Shown piece after piece: positions 9,022 through 18,742 of a stretch of DNA of 64,000 bases. The DNA is from an uncultured bacterium (GTDB lineage: Bacteria > Chlamydiota > Chlamydiia > Chlamydiales > SM23-39). Below the pieces are notes generated by a model. It was not told the DNA's origin. It ran no database searches and was given only the letters and a program-made list of their open reading frames with translations. A program made the translations under genes and the position numbers. Within the stretch, counting starts at the first letter, position 1. Each line of letters opens with the position of its first letter. Location of the stretch: the NCBI GenBank assembly GCA_964424735.1, contig CAYRJU010000007.1, forward strand, positions 5,666-69,665, written 5' to 3'.

Positions 9022-9699
9022 TTAGGGTTGCCTGTCAAAATCGACGGGTGGTTCGTTGCCGGTGAATTCACCAATCATGTGGCAAAGAGGGGGGAGAAGA
9101 TCGGTAGCAGACTCGATTTCTCGACTGACTTGATTTGTATGGGCGTCAACATTGCTTTGCGCCTCTCTTAAAGTATCTTGAGCGTCTTGAGTAGGAAGAG
9201 TTGAACCCAACTTAGCACCTCGAGCCAAAAAAAGTTGAGTGATCTCGAGATGATTCCGAGACGCTGCAATCCAAAGGGGGGTGACTCCAGCTGGGATATC
9301 AGAAAAAAACTCGTTAGAAGGTGAGATGCAGTCGAGACTTGCTCCGGTATCCAAAAGCATTTGGGCTATCGTATAGCATTTTTTTGCGGAGTCAATAGAG
9401 TCTACTTCTGGTCGATCAAGAATCGTGCATAGAGTCAAAAGAGGAGTACAACCGAATAGATCTCTTTGATTTACTATGTTCTTACTCAGGGTTAAAATAG
9501 CTGCCACAATTGGAACATTTTTGAACTTCACAGCTCTATTGAGTAAGTGGAATTCATTATCTATAGGGAATTGGGGGTGATCCCCAAGAACCCTTTCAAA
9601 GTCTTGAACGGTTGATGTATCTGTAATACTATCGAAAACCGCTTTAAAACTATCGAAAGACGCTGTAGTAAATGGTTGAGATGCCATTTTGAGTTCCAA
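9022..9699 (-). CDS. Ankyrin-repeat protein
   Basis: 225 aa. ANK-like units (GCTPLLTLC..., GVTPLWIAASRNHLEITQLFLARGAKLG). Confidence 0.7.
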   Translation of the reverse strand: MELKMASQPFTTASFDSFKAVFDSITDTSTVQDFERVLGDHPQFPIDNEFHLLNRAVKFKNVPIVAAILTLSKNIVNQRDLFGCTPLLTLCTILDRPEVDSIDSAKKCYTIAQMLLDTGASLDCISPSNEFFSDIPAGVTPLWIAASRNHLEITQLFLARGAKLGSTLPTQDAQDTLREAQSNVDAHTNQVSREIESATDLLPPLCHMIGEFTGNEPPVDFDRQP

Positions 9700-9748
9700 T
9701 TATATTGAGGAAAACAGTTTAACTTCCCATCGAATTTAAAGTCATCGA

Positions 9749-11842
9749 TCATTCTTCGCGGGAGCGCTGCATCTTCGCCTCGAGGGCGTTGATGAACTGG
9801 GCGAAGGCGGGAGTGGAACGGAGGTTGTCGAGCCAATCGTCATCGAGCATGTCCTCGATGGCGGGGAGAGTGCGGGCGTTGAGGGCCTTGTGGATCAGAT
9901 CCATGGCCTCGTGAGTTCTGCCCAGGATGGAATAGAGGCAGGCGAGAGTGTAGTAGGCCCCCTCATGGCCGAGGGTTCCCGCTTTGGTGATCTTGGTTTC
10001 GGCATCTAGGTAGAGCTGGTGCATGAAGTCGGTATCGAGAGTATGATGGGCCAGGTGGATGAGGCAGATGCCCCAATCGAGAAAGGCCTGTTCGTTCTCT
10101 TCGTTTTCCCGGATGGCGAGTCGATAGAAATGGACAGCCCTTCGATAGTATTCTGCTTCTCCGGCAATTGAGCCAAGGCGGACGTAAGAAAGGGCCATTT
10201 TGTGGTGGATGTCAGGAAAATCGGGATCGATGAGAAGGACGTGAGAAAAGATTTCGATCGCTCTTATGAAGGGAGTCTCTTCATCGGTAAAATGGCCGAG
10301 CCATTCCAGAGCAGTGGCATAGCTGGTGAGCCATTTGGGATGGTGTAGGAGCGTGTCTTTGTGATTGTCGAGGAGGAGCTCGAAGAGGAGAAGCGATTGC
10401 TCGAGCGAGGGAAGATCATCGAGGATTTCGCTGGCATCGAAAAGACAGCAAGCAGCGTCGTAGAGAAGCGCGGGGCAGGCAGGTTTCAAATCCATCGCCT
10501 TTGCAAAAAAGCGGCTCGCCCTTTCGATGAGATCTTCACCTTGAGTGATTTCAGCGTAAGCTTGATGGACAAGGCCGAGTGCGTGCCAGAGTTCTGGATC
10601 GCTCCGATCGATGGAGAGGCCATATTGGAGTTTTTCGATGGCAAGTTCGTAGTAATCACCATCTTCATAGTATTTCCCGAAGGCGAGAAGGCAGATTCCA
10701 AAGGCGTGCCAAAGATCTGGATCGTCTGGAAACTGCTCGGCTGCCTTGATCGCCTTGTGCTCTGCTTCTACGATGAGATCGAGCCGATTCGTGACCATGC
10801 CGAGTAGGGAAAGACTTTCGATCCATTGACTGACGATGAGCGAATCCTCTTTGTCGAGCTCGGCAGCTCTTGCGCATTTTTCAATGGCAAGCCGGAGCAT
10901 TTTGGCGTCTTTGTTGTGTTTTCCCGATTCTCCGAGGAGCTGACCCCATCCGAGCCACACTTCTGGGTCTGAAGGAGACATTTTTGTGGCCATGGCATAG
11001 GCGTCAGAGGCTTTGGCCACGTAGCGCTCATCGAGAGTGTTGATGTAGAGTTGAGAATACCCTTCTGCAAGGGAGATCCAGCCATCAAAATATTGAGGTG
11101 CTCCTTGGGTAGCCTTTTGCAGGTATTCGATCGATTGCAGATAGAGGCGTGAATCGTTGATGAGAAGACCCATTTCCAAATAGGCTTTTCCACAGTCGTT
11201 CCAAAATTCAGGAGACGGTTTTTCTTGGAAATTTTTCGACGTCTGAAAGGCGTCGATGGCTAGACGCACATCGAGGGCTTCTCCTGAATGTTGAGCAATC
11301 TCAGTCCAGGCAATTCCATAGTCCCAGTAAAGTTCTGCTAAAATTTCTTTCGGTTGATTCTCAGAGAGTTCGAGCGCTTTTTGGTATTTGTCTTTCGCAT
11401 CGAGGAGAAAATGGTGCTCTTCGTGAAAGCGGCCGAGTTGCAAGAGGACATTTCCCCAAGCAAGCCACGCATCGAAGAAATCTGGTTTTAATGTGGTGGC
11501 GATTTTGAAATTTTTCCCAGCTAAGAGAAGCGCTTTTTCCTTTCCCTCTTCCGATCCATATTCAAAAAAAGCGAGACCTTGCCGATACCAGATTTGCGGA
11601 TTTTGGGGTCCGAGATTGGAGGCCGCCTCAAAGCAGGGGAGGGCTCTCAAATTCCCTTGCAAAAGGGCCATTTCCCCTTCAGCGAGGTAGCGGAGCGCCA
11701 ATTCTTTTTTTTGCTCTTCGGACAAATGGTCGCTTTCCACAGCTTCTCGAGGAAGGGCAGCAGTAGCTACTTTTCTCGGGAAGAAGCGGGCGAACATCCG
11801 TCTCAAAGGCGAACCTGCTTGCAAGGTGGTCATAATACCCAA
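9749..11842 (-). CDS. Tetratricopeptide (TPR) repeat protein
   Basis: 697 aa. Many ~34-aa W/Y-x-G-x-A-hydrophobic repeats run throughout (e.g. AWLAWGNVLLQLGRFHEE, LWHAFGICLLAFGKYYED). Confidence 0.8.
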   Translation of the reverse strand: MGIMTTLQAGSPLRRMFARFFPRKVATAALPREAVESDHLSEEQKKELALRYLAEGEMALLQGNLRALPCFEAASNLGPQNPQIWYRQGLAFFEYGSEEGKEKALLLAGKNFKIATTLKPDFFDAWLAWGNVLLQLGRFHEEHHFLLDAKDKYQKALELSENQPKEILAELYWDYGIAWTEIAQHSGEALDVRLAIDAFQTSKNFQEKPSPEFWNDCGKAYLEMGLLINDSRLYLQSIEYLQKATQGAPQYFDGWISLAEGYSQLYINTLDERYVAKASDAYAMATKMSPSDPEVWLGWGQLLGESGKHNKDAKMLRLAIEKCARAAELDKEDSLIVSQWIESLSLLGMVTNRLDLIVEAEHKAIKAAEQFPDDPDLWHAFGICLLAFGKYYEDGDYYELAIEKLQYGLSIDRSDPELWHALGLVHQAYAEITQGEDLIERASRFFAKAMDLKPACPALLYDAACCLFDASEILDDLPSLEQSLLLFELLLDNHKDTLLHHPKWLTSYATALEWLGHFTDEETPFIRAIEIFSHVLLIDPDFPDIHHKMALSYVRLGSIAGEAEYYRRAVHFYRLAIRENEENEQAFLDWGICLIHLAHHTLDTDFMHQLYLDAETKITKAGTLGHEGAYYTLACLYSILGRTHEAMDLIHKALNARTLPAIEDMLDDDWLDNLRSTPAFAQFINALEAKMQRSREE

Positions 11843-11872
11843 AGTGAAATGAGGACAAGGATCGGATTATAG

Positions 11873-12988
11873 TTAAGCCCTCTTTTTTTGCCCAGACATG
11901 TTCAGATCTAATTGGTTTTTAATGAATTGCGATAAGAAAAATCGATTTATTTTAAAGCCGTTTATTTTGGGTAATTCATCTAAAAAATAAAGTGCGATGG
12001 GGATTTTAAATTTAGGTAAACATTTTTTCAAACGGCTTTGCATTTCCTCAAGGCTGAGGGGTGTAGCCACCGAAAGGATGGCGACAGGCCTCCAGCCCCA
12101 TTCGGGATCTTCGAGGGGAATCACAGCGGCCTCTTTCACTTCGGGAAAAGCGAGAAGTTCCCGTTCGATCTCTTCGGGTTGGATGTTTTCTCCGCCTGAA
12201 ATGAACATCCAATCTTTTCGGCCGAGAATTTCGAGTTTTCCATTGGTGAACCTTCCGAGATCTCTTGTCGGAAACCAACCCGTTTGAGGAGGCTCTCCCC
12301 AATAGCCTTGGAAAAGGCAAGGGCCTTTCACCCAAATTTCTCCGTCTTCGGCCAGTTTCAATTCTCGATTGGGCAAAACTTTGCCATCGAGAGTGACCAT
12401 TGAGGCCATTTCGGTCAGGCCGTAGGTGGTCAAAACGGGAAGGTGCGCAGGATAGCTGTTAACTTGTGCTCCTCCCAAAAGAAGACAGCGCAAGTGTTTA
12501 TAAACGGGAGTCGCTCGGTAGAGCTGTGTGGGGACGTAGGATAAATGGGTGACGCTAGGACTATCGTCTAAAACGATCGTTGCCCTTGCCAAAATAGAGC
12601 GGATCACGATCCCGATTCCGCCCACGTGATACAAGGGCAGAGTGAGCCGCCATTGATCGCCTGGTCTTAAGTCCACGGCAGAAACAGCGCTCTCAGCATT
12701 AGCGACGAGACACGAGAGGGGAAGCATGGCAATTTTAGGATTCCCCGTAGAGCCCGAGGTGTAGAGAAGAAGGGTTTTGGGAGGACCGAGGGTCGTAGGA
12801 GGCGGTTTTGGATTTCGGGGATTTGTTGGGAAAAAGGAGCGCTCCTCTCTAAAGAAGCGAAACATCTCCGTGATGGGGTGTATCCAAGTCAATCGATCGA
12901 GTTCAGCATAGGTGAGCGAAAAATCTTTTGCCAAAATAGCGATTTGGTTAGGGGCGTCTCGCGCCGCTTCTTTCAAAGGACAGGACAT
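11873..12988 (-). CDS. menE: O-succinylbenzoate-CoA ligase (compact adenylate-forming enzyme)
   Basis: AMP-binding motifs LLYTSGSTGNPK, TTYGLTEM, GEIWVKGP and GRKDWMFISGGENIQPEEIE, in men operon context. I chose the start at MSCPLKE (ATG 12988), which is preceded by GAGGA. The ORF-track start at 13033 runs into a repeat hairpin. Confidence 0.75.
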   Translation of the reverse strand: MSCPLKEAARDAPNQIAILAKDFSLTYAELDRLTWIHPITEMFRFFREERSFFPTNPRNPKPPPTTLGPPKTLLLYTSGSTGNPKIAMLPLSCLVANAESAVSAVDLRPGDQWRLTLPLYHVGGIGIVIRSILARATIVLDDSPSVTHLSYVPTQLYRATPVYKHLRCLLLGGAQVNSYPAHLPVLTTYGLTEMASMVTLDGKVLPNRELKLAEDGEIWVKGPCLFQGYWGEPPQTGWFPTRDLGRFTNGKLEILGRKDWMFISGGENIQPEEIERELLAFPEVKEAAVIPLEDPEWGWRPVAILSVATPLSLEEMQSRLKKCLPKFKIPIALYFLDELPKINGFKINRFFLSQFIKNQLDLNMSGQKKRA

Positions 12989-13050
12989 AATTTCCTCTGT
13001 ACGTACTAGACAAAACACAGGATACACACACACTATATCCTGTAAAATAT

Positions 13051-13188
13051 AAAACAGGATCCGCGCTCTAGAGCGCGCTAGCAGGGTCGCTCACTTTCGT
13101 TCGCGGCAGGATAAACAGGATAAATTAAGTTATCCTGCGAATCATGCCGGCGCTTCGCCGATCCTTTTCATCCTGTTTTTTTGTCCAG
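13051..13188. repeat. CAGGAT-core palindromic intergenic repeat, copy A (degenerate)
   Basis: It starts aaaacaggatccgc and ends catcctgtttttttgtccag. It contains the internal palindromes gcgctctagagcgc and caggataa-N5-ttatcctg. Its ends are homologous to copies at 27493-27594 and 51619-51745. Confidence 0.7.
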
Positions 13189-13998
13189 TACCAAGCATAA
13201 TTTTTCAAAATTTAAAAAGTTTTCCGTTTTTTCCCAGGAAAAAATGCCTTTTGAGCACTCAATAGGGTGAGTTAAGAGATCGGCCGGAAAAACGGTGTCT
13301 AGTCCAAGTGGAGTTTTTCCTTTGGCAAGGTTTGCGATGTGCACGAGGCCAAGGCCCGATTCGTAGGAAGAGCTCAAGACGAGTTCAAGAGGCGGTTTTA
13401 CTTTGAGAATCGAGCCGAGGAGTGTGGGTTTGACCACAATGGCCCTGAGTGAAGGAATTTTCGACCAGTCGGTATGAATCGATTCATCAAGAGCAATGGG
13501 AAAGTGGGTCTTTTGAGAAAAAACAATGAGTTCTTCGATGGATCGAACAGGTTCTTCCAGATAGATAAAATCTTCTGGTTTGAAGTGACTCGCAAAGAAG
13601 AGCGCCTCTTCTAAACTCCAGGCCCGATTGCAGTCGGCTTTAAGTCCATGACCCCGGTATTCTTTGGCGAGTGCAATCGCTTCAGAAAGTGGCAAAGAGC
13701 CTAATTTGAGTTTCAAAACGGAAAAATCTTTCTTGGGGCCGAGACCACAAAGAGGCAGTTTCACCGATTTCAAAAGTCTTTGGGCAGAGGCAATGCCAAA
13801 GCGGACAGAAGGGAGAGTAGGAGGACGCCCCACCAACATCCACTCTTTCACTTCTTGGAGAGCTTCGTCCAAAGTTTCCCCACTCAATCCCGGTAAGGGA
13901 GCAATTTCTCCAAACTTTCCATCCCATTCGAGAATGAATCCCTCACGAAACCGATCTTTTCCCCACGGCAATTGATAGCGATAGAGTTTTTTTACCAT
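13168..13998 (-). CDS. menC: o-Succinylbenzoate synthase (enolase superfamily)
   Basis: About 276 aa. LKLKLG, IYLEEP and ALDES match the KxK and D/E/D metal-ligand pattern, in men operon context. Start at the ATG for MVKKLYRY. Confidence 0.75.
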   Translation of the reverse strand: MVKKLYRYQLPWGKDRFREGFILEWDGKFGEIAPLPGLSGETLDEALQEVKEWMLVGRPPTLPSVRFGIASAQRLLKSVKLPLCGLGPKKDFSVLKLKLGSLPLSEAIALAKEYRGHGLKADCNRAWSLEEALFFASHFKPEDFIYLEEPVRSIEELIVFSQKTHFPIALDESIHTDWSKIPSLRAIVVKPTLLGSILKVKPPLELVLSSSYESGLGLVHIANLAKGKTPLGLDTVFPADLLTHPIECSKGIFSWEKTENFLNFEKLCLVLDKKTG

Positions 13999-14900
13999 GC
14001 AAAATAGCAAAAGACGGCTGTGTAGAGGATCAGTAAAAAGGCAGTTTGAGGAAGAACGGGCATGAGTTCAGAAGGATCGTGGCAGAGAAAGGCCTTTTTA
14101 ATCGAGGGAATGGCGATCACAAAAACCAAAGAGGCGAAGAGAAGTTGTCTAGGGAAGCCGAATCCAAAGACGAGGATCAAAGGGATCAGGAAAGAAAATA
14201 GAAGCGATAAAGTGTATTCCCATGCACCGAATCGATGGCCCCAGCGGACGATGAGAGTTTTTTTGCCGGTGACTCGATCGCTCTTTTCGTCGCGCAGGTT
14301 GTTGGCGATGAGAATGGCGCAAGAGAGAAACCCAGGAGCAAAGCCTGCGAGAAAAATGCCCCAACTCATGGTTCCGGTTTGCAAAAAGTAGGTGCCGCAA
14401 GTTGCAACGGGACCAAAAAAGGGAAATACGAGAAGCTCTCCCAGTCCTATATATCCGAGCGGTTTGGGCCCGCCTGTGTAGAGAATCCCGAAAGCAACGC
14501 AGGCAGCTGCGAGAAAAAGGCTCCAAAGACCTGCGATCTGCATGAGGGGAATGGCTACCAAAAAGGCCAAGCTAAAAGCGCTCAACGTGGCGATCCACAT
14601 CGAGCGGGGAGAGATCCATCCTTCCATCGTGGCCCGTTTGGGTCCTTTTCGTAGTTTGGTATCTGCCCCGTTGACAAAGTCGAAATAGTCATTGGCAAAA
14701 TTGGTTCCAATTTGAATGAAGAGAGAAAAGAGAAGGGTGAGCACGAAAAGCCTTTCATGCAAATGGGGGGCTAAACTGGCTCCAATGCATACGGGGCTCA
14801 AAGAGGCGATCCACGTCTTAGGCCTACTTGCTAAGAGGAGAGCTTTAAGGGCGCTTGGGGAAGCGCTGGAAATTGGGCTTGCGTTTTTCGTTGAAGGCAT
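13992..14900 (-). CDS. menA: 1,4-dihydroxy-2-naphthoate polyprenyltransferase
   Basis: 302 aa. A polytopic UbiA-family protein with [14 protein letters not shown] and a second Asp-rich region. Confidence 0.9.
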   Translation of the reverse strand: MPSTKNASPISSASPSALKALLLASRPKTWIASLSPVCIGASLAPHLHERLFVLTLLFSLFIQIGTNFANDYFDFVNGADTKLRKGPKRATMEGWISPRSMWIATLSAFSLAFLVAIPLMQIAGLWSLFLAAACVAFGILYTGGPKPLGYIGLGELLVFPFFGPVATCGTYFLQTGTMSWGIFLAGFAPGFLSCAILIANNLRDEKSDRVTGKKTLIVRWGHRFGAWEYTLSLLFSFLIPLILVFGFGFPRQLLFASLVFVIAIPSIKKAFLCHDPSELMPVLPQTAFLLILYTAVFCYFAW

Positions 14901-15660
14901 TTCGACCCTCCTGTCCTTCTTCTGTCATGTAAAAGAGCATCGTGGCATTGCCAGCGAGCTCTTGTAATCCTGCTTGTCCATCGCAATCGGCATTGAGCGC
15001 CGATTTCAAACAGCGAATGGCAATTGGCGAATGGACTAAAATTTCTCTTGCCCATTGAATGGCTGTCTCTTCGAGTTTTTCGTAGGGCACAACGCAGTTC
15101 ACAAGGCCCATTTCTAGCGCCTCTTTTGCATTGTACTGCCGGCATAAAAACCAGATTTCTCGGGCTTTTTTTTGTCCAATGATCCTTGCGAGATAGCTAG
15201 CGCCAAATCCTCCATCAAAAGAGCCTACTTTGGGTCCTGTTTGGCCAAAAATGGCATTGTCTGCGGCGATTGTCAGATCACAAACGACGTGTAATACATG
15301 TCCGCCTCCAATCGCATAGCCCGCAACCATCGCGATGATCGGTTTGGGACAGGTGCGCATCTCGCGCTGCAAATCGAGAACATTTAGCCGGTGGACGCCA
15401 TGCAAATCGGCATAGCCCGCATTGCCTCGGATCTTTTGATCGCCTCCCGAACAAAAGGCCTCTTTTCCTTCTCCTGTGAGTAAAATGACTCCGATTGTTC
15501 CATCATTTCGCGCATCGTTGAGAGCGTGTCGCATCTCTTCCACAGTATGGGGGCGAAACGCATTGCGCACCTCAGGGCGGTTGATGGTGATTTTGGCAAT
15601 CCCTTCAATCTTGTGGTATTTGATGTCTGTGTAAGAACCGTAAGGGATCCACGGGGTCAT
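14845..15660 (-). CDS. menB: 1,4-dihydroxy-2-naphthoyl-CoA synthase
   Basis: 271 aa. Crotonase fold with [12 protein letters not shown] and [14 protein letters not shown], which are typical MenB strings. Confidence 0.95.
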   Translation of the reverse strand: MTPWIPYGSYTDIKYHKIEGIAKITINRPEVRNAFRPHTVEEMRHALNDARNDGTIGVILLTGEGKEAFCSGGDQKIRGNAGYADLHGVHRLNVLDLQREMRTCPKPIIAMVAGYAIGGGHVLHVVCDLTIAADNAIFGQTGPKVGSFDGGFGASYLARIIGQKKAREIWFLCRQYNAKEALEMGLVNCVVPYEKLEETAIQWAREILVHSPIAIRCLKSALNADCDGQAGLQELAGNATMLFYMTEEGQEGRNAFNEKRKPNFQRFPKRP

Positions 15661-16301
15661 ATTTTCCTCTTGATGATGTCTGCAATGGCTTTTGGATTTT
15701 CCAAATGGACCATATGCCCCGCATTCGGGACCAGAATGGGATTTGAATAGAGCGCGCGAAATTTTTCATCCCGCTCTCCCACAACAACCCCATCGATTTC
15801 AAAACGCTCCTGTTTAGCCAAGCTATAATGCAATAAGACTTTCGCAAGATTTTGGATATTGTGCTCTTTTCGCATGCTGAAATCGGGCCGAAAGGGTTTA
15901 AAAATAGATTGATCGTACCATCGGTTTAAAAACTCGTCAATGGGAAGTTGTAAGAGCAGATTTGCCCACGCCTCATCGCTTTTCAAGCGTTTTGCTTTTT
16001 CTTCTTCAGTTTTAAGACCTGGATGGACAGAAAGGAGGGTCAAGCTCAACGCACGATCCCGGAACCTTTGCAGTGCGATCCTGCCTCCGAGCGAGTAGCC
16101 AACCAGATGAAATTTTGGGAAATCGATGTCGAAATCGGGATCAAAAGGGGAGCTTCCATGTCCTGGCAAATCGAACCCAATGCAGTGGCAATTGGGCAAA
16201 TGAGAGGAGACGGGGAGCCAATCCTCAGCTGTTCCCAAAAAGCCGTGCAAGAACACGATGGGAATGCCAGAACCGTTTTTTAGTGTCTTTTTCACCAACA
16301 T
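15657..16301 (-). CDS. menH: SHCHC synthase (alpha/beta hydrolase)
   Basis: 214 aa. HGFLGT oxyanion region, nucleophile elbow GYSLGG, a C-terminal GH motif, and its position between menD and menB. Confidence 0.7.
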   Translation of the reverse strand: MLVKKTLKNGSGIPIVFLHGFLGTAEDWLPVSSHLPNCHCIGFDLPGHGSSPFDPDFDIDFPKFHLVGYSLGGRIALQRFRDRALSLTLLSVHPGLKTEEEKAKRLKSDEAWANLLLQLPIDEFLNRWYDQSIFKPFRPDFSMRKEHNIQNLAKVLLHYSLAKQERFEIDGVVVGERDEKFRALYSNPILVPNAGHMVHLENPKAIADIIKRKI

Positions 16302-16474
16302 CGGCTTACTCTATTTTTCGATGCATGGATGCGTGCGATGATATCGAGTTCGAGCTTTTTAAGCTATTATGCTATGTTCTATGTGAAATCGGGGCAGACA
16401 AAACACCAGGTTCGTAAAGCATTGAACGTGAAAAAACTTGCGCTTTACAGTAGAAATAACAAAGGATCCATTCT

Positions 16475-16684
16475 ATGGAATCAATAAAAGAATTTTTGGT
16501 CGGTCCTTTTGGGCCTGTTTTCTCTTTCTTTTTTAGAGCTTTTTTTGGATCTGTATGCGTGTGTGGTGGCATACAATTATTTGATTTCAAAAATCTTTCT
16601 CGTTTCTTTACTCTGAGAAAGGTAATCGGACTTTTCCTAATTGCAATTGGATCTAGCCGATTAATTTATGTGCTTTTCCATTAG
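16475..16684 (+). CDS. Hypothetical small two-TM protein
   Basis: 69-aa ORF with two hydrophobic segments, and the only ORF in an otherwise unexplained 450-bp gap. No homolog recognised. Confidence 0.3.
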   Translation: MESIKEFLVGPFGPVFSFFFRAFFGSVCVCGGIQLFDFKNLSRFFTLRKVIGLFLIAIGSSRLIYVLFH

Positions 16685-16754
16685 GCAACACGCCCAAGGC
16701 GGCTTTTCTCCATTGTAATAGAGGCAGCTGGATTCATTAAAACCGAGCGAGCAT

Positions 16755-17531
16755 TTAGTTTTTGCTTGTTGGTTGGTACTCTGTGTATTTCAATGATTTT
16801 CCCTTACACTGCTCAACGGGATATTTTTGTTTCATTTTCTCAAACTTTTGATAGGCTGCTTCAATGGGATCAATATTGAGCTTATGAGCCAGATAGAGAA
16901 TCGCTTTAAATACGTCTGCAATTTCGTCTCTAATTTCTCGCATTGTCTTTTCATCGGGATGATAACTCTCTTCTTCTCTCATCCAGCGGAATAAATCGAG
17001 TAGCTCTCCCGCCTCCGATGCCAGATCCATCACTAAGTTTTTGGGAGAATGGAACTGTTCCCATTCTCGATCTTTATAAAAATCGAGGAGTGAGGCCAAT
17101 ACTTGTTCGTGCGGAGCTTTAGAAGATCGAAAGGTCTTGAAGAAAGAATGCACCGGGAGAAAGAGTGGACTTGGCAAGTGGTCCACAGAAAACCAATGCC
17201 ACCCTTCGCATTTATGGGGTTCGAGCAGTTTTGGTTCCCCTTCAAATTGATCGATCACGGCGAAAAGGGTGATGTAATGCTTGTCGTTGTCAATGACGTC
17301 GTTGCTCCAGGCGCCCGTTTTCACGTCAAAGGCTTTGAGGCCGGTTTCTTCCAGAAGTTCCCGTTTTGCACAATCCTCGACAGATTCTCCGAATTCGAGA
17401 TGGCCTCCAGGAGGAGACCAGTCGCCTGCACCATGAGCCCCCTTTCGCTTGCCCAGGAGGACCTTGCCGTCCTTAAAAACAAAGACAGCAACGCCCACTC
17501 TCGGCTTTATTTTTTCGGATTTGGACTCCAT
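16755..17531 (-). CDS. Nudix hydrolase fused to a MazG-like all-alpha NTP pyrophosphohydrolase domain
   Basis: Nudix box GGHLEFGESVEDCAKRELLEETGL. The C-terminal half carries EAGE...DEIAD (the EXXE...EXXD MazG/dCTPase-type motif). I chose the start at MESKSEK (ATG 17531) because AAAGGAG lies 6 nt upstream. The ATG at 17594 has no RBS. Confidence 0.8.
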   Translation of the reverse strand: MESKSEKIKPRVGVAVFVFKDGKVLLGKRKGAHGAGDWSPPGGHLEFGESVEDCAKRELLEETGLKAFDVKTGAWSNDVIDNDKHYITLFAVIDQFEGEPKLLEPHKCEGWHWFSVDHLPSPLFLPVHSFFKTFRSSKAPHEQVLASLLDFYKDREWEQFHSPKNLVMDLASEAGELLDLFRWMREEESYHPDEKTMREIRDEIADVFKAILYLAHKLNIDPIEAAYQKFEKMKQKYPVEQCKGKSLKYTEYQPTSKN

Positions 17532-17598
17532 CGCAACTCCTTTCACCACAAAAACACTATAAACAAAAAGGAGAAAAAAAATTGTTTTTTTCATGTTT

Positions 17599-18678
17599 TT
17601 AGACCGTTTTAATCGTCACGTGTTCAGTGAGGACGCATCTTTGCGTTAAACGTCTTTCATCCTGAAACCAATCATTATAGTTTTGGTGGTTATAGGGATT
17701 TACTCTTGGATCTCGTAGCAGCGTAGCTTCCACTGCGTCGTGATGGTTGCTATGGGCCCATACTACGCAGGCGCATAGATCAACAGTTGGATCGGCGCGA
17801 CCATCTGCTAACAGGACTTCTACTACATCGTTTTTACCGTGTATGCTAGCCATCAGAAGAGCTTTGCTATGATTAGCAGCAGGGTCGACTCTACCGTCAG
17901 CTAGAAGCATAGTCGCTACAGCTGCATTGCCAGCCAGTCGAATGGCTGTTTGACCATCGGCTGCTGGATCAACCTTTGGCAGCACGCATTGGACACATTC
18001 CACATGTCCATTGATCGCAGCTAAGACAAGAGCTTGATTTCCAATCGCATTCAAATCGACCTTTGGACTTTCCACTAGTGCCTGCACAATCTCTGCCTGG
18101 CCTGCCTGACAAGCCTGTTCGAGTAGAAATTTTCCTTTGTCTCGTAAGGTGACTTTGGGGTTGGCTAAAATCTGCTTGAGAACGTCTGGTTGATTGTTAG
18201 AGCATGCCCAGTTGAGGAGAAATTCATCTGGAACATAATTCGGGTTAGCTAAAAGCAATCGAACATCTTCTAAACCTTTTTCCTGAGCCCAAAAACTGGC
18301 GCGAGTGCCTGTAGGATCTACTTGTGAATGCGCTAAAAGTAAGCGGATAATCGGATCGCGTGAGTAACAAAGAGCGTTCTTGAGGGCTGCATTCTGATTG
18401 TCCCCTGGATTGACTCGTTGATCTGCCAAGAGTTTTTTGACAATCGCTTCTTTACCTTCTCGGCAAGCCCAATCAATGAGCCTATTTTGCGAGGCTGAAG
18501 GATCAGACTGATTGTCCGAAAGAAGGGCCATTACGGCTTCTTCGCCCTCTCGTATTGCTTTATCTATCTTTTTTCCTGGTGACAAGGACTGGTTCATCAA
18601 ATCAGCCATTTGTCTTTGGTCTTCGATGCTTAACCTCTGAAAAGCAGCCATTAAGTCAGATTTGGATAGAGCGCTCAT
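17599..18678 (-). CDS. Ankyrin-repeat protein (paralog 1)
   Basis: 359 aa. About 9 units of LLAD.RV(D/N)P...N.AL..A...G...VV. Closely similar to the next gene over most of its length. Confidence 0.8.
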   Translation of the reverse strand: MSALSKSDLMAAFQRLSIEDQRQMADLMNQSLSPGKKIDKAIREGEEAVMALLSDNQSDPSASQNRLIDWACREGKEAIVKKLLADQRVNPGDNQNAALKNALCYSRDPIIRLLLAHSQVDPTGTRASFWAQEKGLEDVRLLLANPNYVPDEFLLNWACSNNQPDVLKQILANPKVTLRDKGKFLLEQACQAGQAEIVQALVESPKVDLNAIGNQALVLAAINGHVECVQCVLPKVDPAADGQTAIRLAGNAAVATMLLADGRVDPAANHSKALLMASIHGKNDVVEVLLADGRADPTVDLCACVVWAHSNHHDAVEATLLRDPRVNPYNHQNYNDWFQDERRLTQRCVLTEHVTIKTV

Positions 18679-18742
18679 AGTTGATCCTTGGTTTTAAAAA
18701 GGAAAAGATTTTAAAGAAAATAAAATTAAAACACAACCTCTG

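Noticed and set aside
17532-17594. Signal-peptide-like 21-codon N-terminal extension of the Nudix-MazG gene
   Set aside because: No Shine-Dalgarno sequence precedes the ATG at 17594, whereas AAAGGAG precedes the ATG at 17531. Nudix and MazG enzymes are normally cytoplasmic. I kept it as an open question in the finding.
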